Origin: Candidatus Jordarchaeales archaeon
GTDB taxonomy: Archaea; Asgardarchaeota; Jordiarchaeia; Jordiarchaeales; Freyrarchaeaceae
DNA length: 32,000 bases
Reading direction: 5' to 3'
Assembly: GCA_038889235.1 (NCBI GenBank)
Contig: JAWAHN010000002.1
Coordinates: 74,356-106,355, forward strand
In this document: piece after piece, positions 27,407 to 32,000 of the stretch
Layout: every line of letters starts with the position of its first letter
How positions within the stretch are numbered: the stretch's first letter is position 1
Notes under the pieces: generated by a model
What the model saw: only the letters and a program-made list of their open reading frames with translations
Told to the model about the DNA's origin: nothing
Database searches by the model: none
Program-made: the position numbers and the translations under genes

Positions 27407-29185
27407 TTGAGTGAAGCTTTAAAGGTAATCGTGGATTTATCAGAAAAAGTTGACTGCTTATTGTCGGGAGACAACAAAGTGAAGTCGATATCTGCAAAAG
27501 GTCTTCTCACCATAAAAAACCCAAGCCGAAAAAACAAAATATGGAGTTGTGAGCTACGCCTGGAAGGAATTTCTTCAACATCTCTCAAGGATGAGCGTTA
27601 TGCTGTAGGCGAGGTCCCTGCAGGCGGGTCGTGGAGTCTAAACTACAGCATTCCAGTAGAGAACCCCACGGTGGTCTTAAAGGAGATTGTTAACACTTTC
27701 CCCAGGGCCGAGGCGGTGAGCTGGGCGGTTCCATATAACCGCACCACGCCAATAAAATGTATAATCTCTATTTCGAACCCCAGTGACGTCTTCGTTAAGA
27801 ATATTGAATTAGTGAAGAAGATACCGAGAGGATTCGGTGATCCAACAATAGAACCACCACACACCGGAACGGCGGAGTATATTTCCGAAAGGAGAGAGGT
27901 TGTTTGGAAGAATTTCGACCTAGCGCCAGGGGCGGAAGCAAAACTAGTGATAAACATGGCTGTGAAAGCCGAGGACATAAAGCCGCTGGGTGCTGGAGAA
28001 ATAATATTGAACTACCAGGTTATAGGCAGTACCGTGTCATCGTTGATCCCAAGCCTTTACTGTATTTCAGACATACGTTTTGGTATTGAACCAGCCGAAT
28101 CTCCCTCCAAGCCAAATCTCTGGGATTGCACTTTAGAGTTCTATAACACCAGCGAATTCATAGAACTATTAATGAACGTTGAAAGTTTTTTCATCTCAGA
28201 TGGTAAGAAGACCGTAGTTTCAATCTCGCCAGACGTAGAATTACTCCCACAACAGCACTGGTCCCACAAGTTCCAAGTTGAAAGCCCCGATTTCCCTGTC
28301 TTTGAAACAAACTTCGACTACATGGTGGCTTACGAAGTTAGGAAGAGCGTGCACACGACGATAATAAAAGAAGAAACGCTTCTCCCAGTTATGAAAATAG
28401 AAGCCGAAAAACTCTTCGCTCCACCTGAGGTTGACGCGTACGATAAGACGCCTATGAGCGTTACGGTAAATGTTTTCAACGTCGGTAGCGCTGATTTGGA
28501 CGCAATATCAATCGTAGACACCGTCCCAGAAGACTTCAAAGCCCCAACCCCGGACAAAGTGAAAGTCATCCTGGCGGACCAAGACGTCACCCGTAACGCT
28601 ACAGTCGTAATAGAACCACCGTCTGCCCCCATAGAGCAGCTCAAAGAGGTGAAAATATCAGTAACTGGGTTAAGCAAGATAGGCGGCTTCAGACCAGGTC
28701 AAACAATGAAAGTTACATACCCAATTATCGCGTGGGGACCAAAACCAAACGTGAAATATGCTACGCCAGTTAAGGTCTCCTGTAACATCTCCCCTCCGGG
28801 ACTGGAGGGAGAGTTCGTTAGGCTTGAAGAGAGACCACCTGAGATAATGGTGAAGTATGCCAGGAGGGCAGTCAGGATATTCAAAGAAGCTGTAACTCCA
28901 GGAGCAGAGAAGAACCAGTACGTTGTCCCACTAGTCATAGTGAACTCCGGAGACGTCAACATAGAGAACATCTTGGTAAAGGATTTCATACCGTCTGGAT
29001 TCAAGCTGGTCTCATGGAAACCTGAGGAACTTAAACCGAAGGTAGAGGAAACACCGGAGGGACTGGTGCTTTCATTGTTCCTTGAGAGACTTGAGCCCAA
29101 GCAAGAAATACAGTTCTCATACGTTATAGAAGGTAGTGGACGTTACGTTAGAAGAGAACCACAAGTAACCATAAAGCCACAGTAA
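27407..29185 (+). CDS. Cytoplasmic multi-beta-sandwich protein with segments resembling the adaptin mu homology domain and DUF11-like Ig repeats
   Basis: 592-aa ORF with a GGAGG SD. Repeated V.N.G...L..I.V.D.IP.GF units; no signal peptide or TM anchor. Confidence 0.75.
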   Translation: MSEALKVIVDLSEKVDCLLSGDNKVKSISAKGLLTIKNPSRKNKIWSCELRLEGISSTSLKDERYAVGEVPAGGSWSLNYSIPVENPTVVLKEIVNTFPRAEAVSWAVPYNRTTPIKCIISISNPSDVFVKNIELVKKIPRGFGDPTIEPPHTGTAEYISERREVVWKNFDLAPGAEAKLVINMAVKAEDIKPLGAGEIILNYQVIGSTVSSLIPSLYCISDIRFGIEPAESPSKPNLWDCTLEFYNTSEFIELLMNVESFFISDGKKTVVSISPDVELLPQQHWSHKFQVESPDFPVFETNFDYMVAYEVRKSVHTTIIKEETLLPVMKIEAEKLFAPPEVDAYDKTPMSVTVNVFNVGSADLDAISIVDTVPEDFKAPTPDKVKVILADQDVTRNATVVIEPPSAPIEQLKEVKISVTGLSKIGGFRPGQTMKVTYPIIAWGPKPNVKYATPVKVSCNISPPGLEGEFVRLEERPPEIMVKYARRAVRIFKEAVTPGAEKNQYVVPLVIVNSGDVNIENILVKDFIPSGFKLVSWKPEELKPKVEETPEGLVLSLFLERLEPKQEIQFSYVIEGSGRYVRREPQVTIKPQ

Positions 29186-29208
29186 ACAAAGGGTAAACAT
29201 TTGATAAT

Positions 29209-29967
29209 CTAAACCTTTTTTGTTAGCTTCTCTAGTCTTTCCTCTATTTCTTTCTTCTCCCTCAATTTTGCATTTAACGCCTCCTTTTCCTCTACGCCTC
29301 CAAGTCCTACATCGATAAGGCTTTGCAAACTTGAGATCTCCAGTTGTAGCCTCACGAGTCTGGTTTTAAGTTGTGCTATCTCCCTCGCTTTTTCAAGGTC
29401 TTCAACTGCAGCGATAGGCTGCTTCCCTACCTCCTCTTTCTCAGCTACTTTTTCAACTTGAATGAGCTTTTGCTTCTCAGTCACAAAAGACGGTTTTTCT
29501 TCTTTAACGCTTATCGCCTCACGTTGACTAACAGTTTCTTCGCGGCTTTGAATCTCTTCGGTGGAGATTCGACTCTCACGTTGACCAGCAACCTCTTCTT
29601 GAGCAATTTGAGTCTCAGTCTCGCTAACCTCCCACTCTTCTCCTCGTATGGCTTGTTCTTCCACCTTTGGCAGTGCTGCAAAACGCCTGTCTATGTTCAC
29701 GAGACTTTCAGTAATCGTTTTTAACTGCTCACGGATCACTAGGATCTCCTTCATCATGTTCAATTTAAAGTCCATTAACTCCCTTTCCACCTTACCAATG
29801 TAATCAAATGTCTTTGCAACCTGTTCTACAAGTGACTTGAGATCTTCCCTAACTGTACTTATCACTCTCTCAGCACTCTTACCAGCCAGTAGATCTATAA
29901 GCGCGCTCACCACAGCATCTATGTTCTTTGTACTCGTAACTCCACCATTGTTAGAAGAAGAACTCAT
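29209..29967 (-). CDS. Hypothetical protein: helical N-domain, E/K-rich linker, C-terminal coiled-coil hairpin
   Basis: 252-aa ORF with an AGGTG SD and TTTAAA TATA at about 30006-30012. Confidence 0.75.
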   Translation of the reverse strand: MSSSSNNGGVTSTKNIDAVVSALIDLLAGKSAERVISTVREDLKSLVEQVAKTFDYIGKVERELMDFKLNMMKEILVIREQLKTITESLVNIDRRFAALPKVEEQAIRGEEWEVSETETQIAQEEVAGQRESRISTEEIQSREETVSQREAISVKEEKPSFVTEKQKLIQVEKVAEKEEVGKQPIAAVEDLEKAREIAQLKTRLVRLQLEISSLQSLIDVGLGGVEEKEALNAKLREKKEIEERLEKLTKKV

Positions 29968-30282
29968 GTTTCGACACCTAAACGCGCCCCTTTCTCAGAG
30001 TACTATTTAAATCTTCATAGGGGTACGGCAACTTATAAAACTGTCCCGACAGGTGGGGGGTGCACAGATAGGTCTCAATATACATTCTAGCTGTACCAGT
30101 TTACATTTCCCGTTCACGAGGTAACCAAACGAATGCCTGCCTTTCTCAACAATGTTCAATAATGACTGATTGTAGTTGATGATTTATCAATTTGAACTAC
30201 TAATTAGAGAAATAACTTTTATTAATGTTGAAAGTAATTAATGATACATGCCTCCCTCCTATGCTCATTAAGTGGTGGTTTC

Positions 30283-30984
30283 ATGCCATCCTCTCCGAAG
30301 GCGGTTGTTCAGAGCGAGGAGATGAATACTGCTACCCAAAAGGTGATAGAGCTGCTTACACCTGTTAGAGAGTGCATTGTTCGCACCCTCCTATCGAGGT
30401 TCCCCATGCGTGGGCTGGAGCAGATGCTCCGCGAGGCCTTCGACAACGCCGTTTCCGAGAATTTATGCTTATTCTCCAGTCTAATTTCTCAAAAAGAAGG
30501 AGAAGAGAGAAGAGAGGAATCACTAAAAAAGGCGATGTTAGATGCTAAAGAGCTCTTAAAGACTCCCGCTGTCGAGGGTGATGCACCTGAATCTTTGAAG
30601 GAAGACGTTTTGCGCTTAAGAAAAGAGATTGACCGCTTGGTTTTGGAGTTAAAGGTTAGAGACAAAAAGATCAAGGAACAAGAAAAACTCTTGGAAAAAT
30701 TGCGTGCACTTAATGAAGACAGCTTGTTCGTAACGCTACTCGGAGGAAACATGCCTCAGACTTGTCCGGAAACGCTTTCCTTCTGGAAGCAGGTTAGTAC
30801 ATTTCTAGAGAAAGAGCCGAAGTTTAAGATTTTACGCCTACTCATACACTTAAAAGAGTTGTCCCTAGAGAAACTCTACCAGTCGACTGGTATACAAAAA
30901 CAGCTTGTAGCGAGATACCTCGATGAAATGAAGGAAGCAGGGCTTATTGAAGTCGTGGGCGAGAATGTAAGGTTGAAAATATAG
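30283..30984 (+). CDS. Coiled-coil protein with a C-terminal winged helix
   Basis: The ATG at 30283 follows GGTGGT, so it is preferred over 30241. C-terminus PKFKILRLL...LEKLYQSTG...LDEMKEAGLIEVVG. Confidence 0.78.
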   Translation: MPSSPKAVVQSEEMNTATQKVIELLTPVRECIVRTLLSRFPMRGLEQMLREAFDNAVSENLCLFSSLISQKEGEERREESLKKAMLDAKELLKTPAVEGDAPESLKEDVLRLRKEIDRLVLELKVRDKKIKEQEKLLEKLRALNEDSLFVTLLGGNMPQTCPETLSFWKQVSTFLEKEPKFKILRLLIHLKELSLEKLYQSTGIQKQLVARYLDEMKEAGLIEVVGENVRLKI

Positions 30985-31326
30985 TTACTTCTGCCCCCGC
31001 GTTTTTACCAGCCAGTTAAGCGGGATCCTATATGTCCCCTCTCTATCTGAGACTATGAGTGGAGCACCTTTAACGAGTGCTTCAAGGTTTATCTCGAATA
31101 CTCCCCTACGCAGTATTCTCACGGTTTCAACTCTCTCCTCGCTTCCCTCACTGTCTACGTGTTGACTGAGCGTCTCGTCTACTTTCTCATCGGCTTTCTC
31201 CACTTTTTCACGGCTGAATTCCCGCACTAACTTAAAAACGTTGGAGCCGCATGCTGGGCAGCTTAACTCGCTGTGTCCATCAGGAATTTTTTTGCCACAA
31301 GCAGCGCAGACGTTGTAAAAGCTCAC
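30985..31326 (-). CDS. oapC: Zn-ribbon protein OapC/ArvC (DUF2072)
   Basis: CAACG...CPACG and the C-terminal VETVRILRRGVFEINLEAL...GTYRI motif. Confidence 0.85.
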   Translation of the reverse strand: MSFYNVCAACGKKIPDGHSELSCPACGSNVFKLVREFSREKVEKADEKVDETLSQHVDSEGSEERVETVRILRRGVFEINLEALVKGAPLIVSDREGTYRIPLNWLVKTRGQK

Positions 31327-31658
31327 TTAGTGCACCCCATCGTGTACATCAAGGAAATCAAATCTTTTCCTTTAGTTACTTCGACAAGGTCGGAGGGAGC
31401 AACGACTGTTATTTTGCCGCCTTTCCTCTCCCCGTTGAACGTGACAACTTCTATCCCGCAGAAATCCTTGAAATCAATTTCCATCATAGTCTCCTTAATA
31501 AGTTCGGCTTGCTCTTCAGGCTTCAGCTTTTCCTCTAAGATCAATATGCTCTTCCCCTTAACTTTCTCAATGATCATCTTCACTTTGTCGCTTGGGCTCA
31601 AGCTCTTGGTGGCTCTCTCGGAGATTATGTCTATCTTCAAGACGCGCCCTCCTAGCAA
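31323..31658 (-). CDS. oapB: OapB/ArvB (DUF2073)
   Basis: KVKMIIEKVK..ILILEEKLKPEEQAELIKETMMEID...GIE, ITVVAP; overlaps both neighbours. Confidence 0.85.
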   Translation of the reverse strand: MLGGRVLKIDIISERATKSLSPSDKVKMIIEKVKGKSILILEEKLKPEEQAELIKETMMEIDFKDFCGIEVVTFNGERKGGKITVVAPSDLVEVTKGKDLISLMYTMGCTK

Positions 31659-31999
31659 TATTCTGTTATCGTTTTGTAGAGCTCCTCCATATTATATCCA
31701 TGCAGCGCGGATACGCAAACAACCTTGTAGTCCGGGAAGGACTCCTTAATGAGCTCTGGCCGCGCCTCTGGAAGGTCTATCTTGTTTGCAACTATGATCG
31801 TCGGTATTTTCTTAGATTTCAGGCATCCCAGAATTACCAAGTTAACCTGGTCAAATGGAACCTTTGTCGAGTCAAAAACTGTTAAAGCCACGTCTATGTT
31901 GTCAAGCCACTGTATAGCCTCCACAACGCCGCGCGTGGCCTCCTTAGCCCTCTCCACTGCTTCTTCCTCGCTTAAACCGTACTTCATGAAGTCTCTATA
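31652..31999 (-). CDS. oapA: Small GTPase OapA/ArvA, C-terminal half (5' end beyond the window)
   Basis: Frame open to the window edge (YRDFMKYG...); family insert AVERAKEATRGVVEAIQWL; G4 NKID, G5 SALHG. Confidence 0.88.
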   Translation of the reverse strand, partial: YRDFMKYGLSEEEAVERAKEATRGVVEAIQWLDNIDVALTVFDSTKVPFDQVNLVILGCLKSKKIPTIIVANKIDLPEARPELIKESFPDYKVVCVSALHGYNMEELYKTITEYC

Positions 32000-32000
32000 G

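Noticed and set aside
29968-30240. Replication origin next to oapABC, as in Haloferax
   Set aside because: Only one G-run (about 30055-30060); no repeated ORB consensus and no orc1/cdc6 in the window.
1-32000. Numerous antisense or alternate-frame ORFs in the track (e.g. 1052-1408, 2419-2988, 4348-4995, 7171-7872, 26482-27042, 31273-31749)
   Set aside because: They lie wholly over well-supported genes, are Ser/Pro/Thr-rich shadows, and have no recognisable motifs.
1-32000. CRISPR arrays, tRNAs, rRNAs, transposases, integrases
   Set aside because: No regularly spaced repeats, cloverleaf or T-loop motifs, or mobile-element proteins were seen.

Overview
Archaeal chromosomal window, gene-dense, with no CRISPR array, tRNA, rRNA or mobile element visible. 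Gene content (gins23-mcm, nfo-rfcS-rfcL, rpl15e-RNase P protein cluster, moa/moe/mob genes, oap/arvABC, several coiled-coil plus winged-helix proteins and a cytoplasmic beta-sandwich protein with adaptin-mu-like segments) suggests a thermophilic TACK/Asgard-type lineage; this assignment is an inference. Three unannotated RNA genes lie between ORFs: the SRP (7S) RNA at 20253-20614 and two box C/D guide sRNAs, one of which is positioned to methylate the 23S P-loop G2251. The main finding is a 24-nt insertion in SRP RNA helix 8 that has bulge-helix-bulge geometry. Removing it at the standard tRNA-splicing-endonuclease cut sites restores a canonical helix 8, so this looks like an intron-containing SRP RNA. 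Other leads: a threonine-synthase-like protein lacking the PLP lysine and fused to a PadR-type wHTH, and an adaptin-mu-like protein near the ArvABC vesicle GTPase operon. All homology calls were made by eye from motifs; no searches were run.
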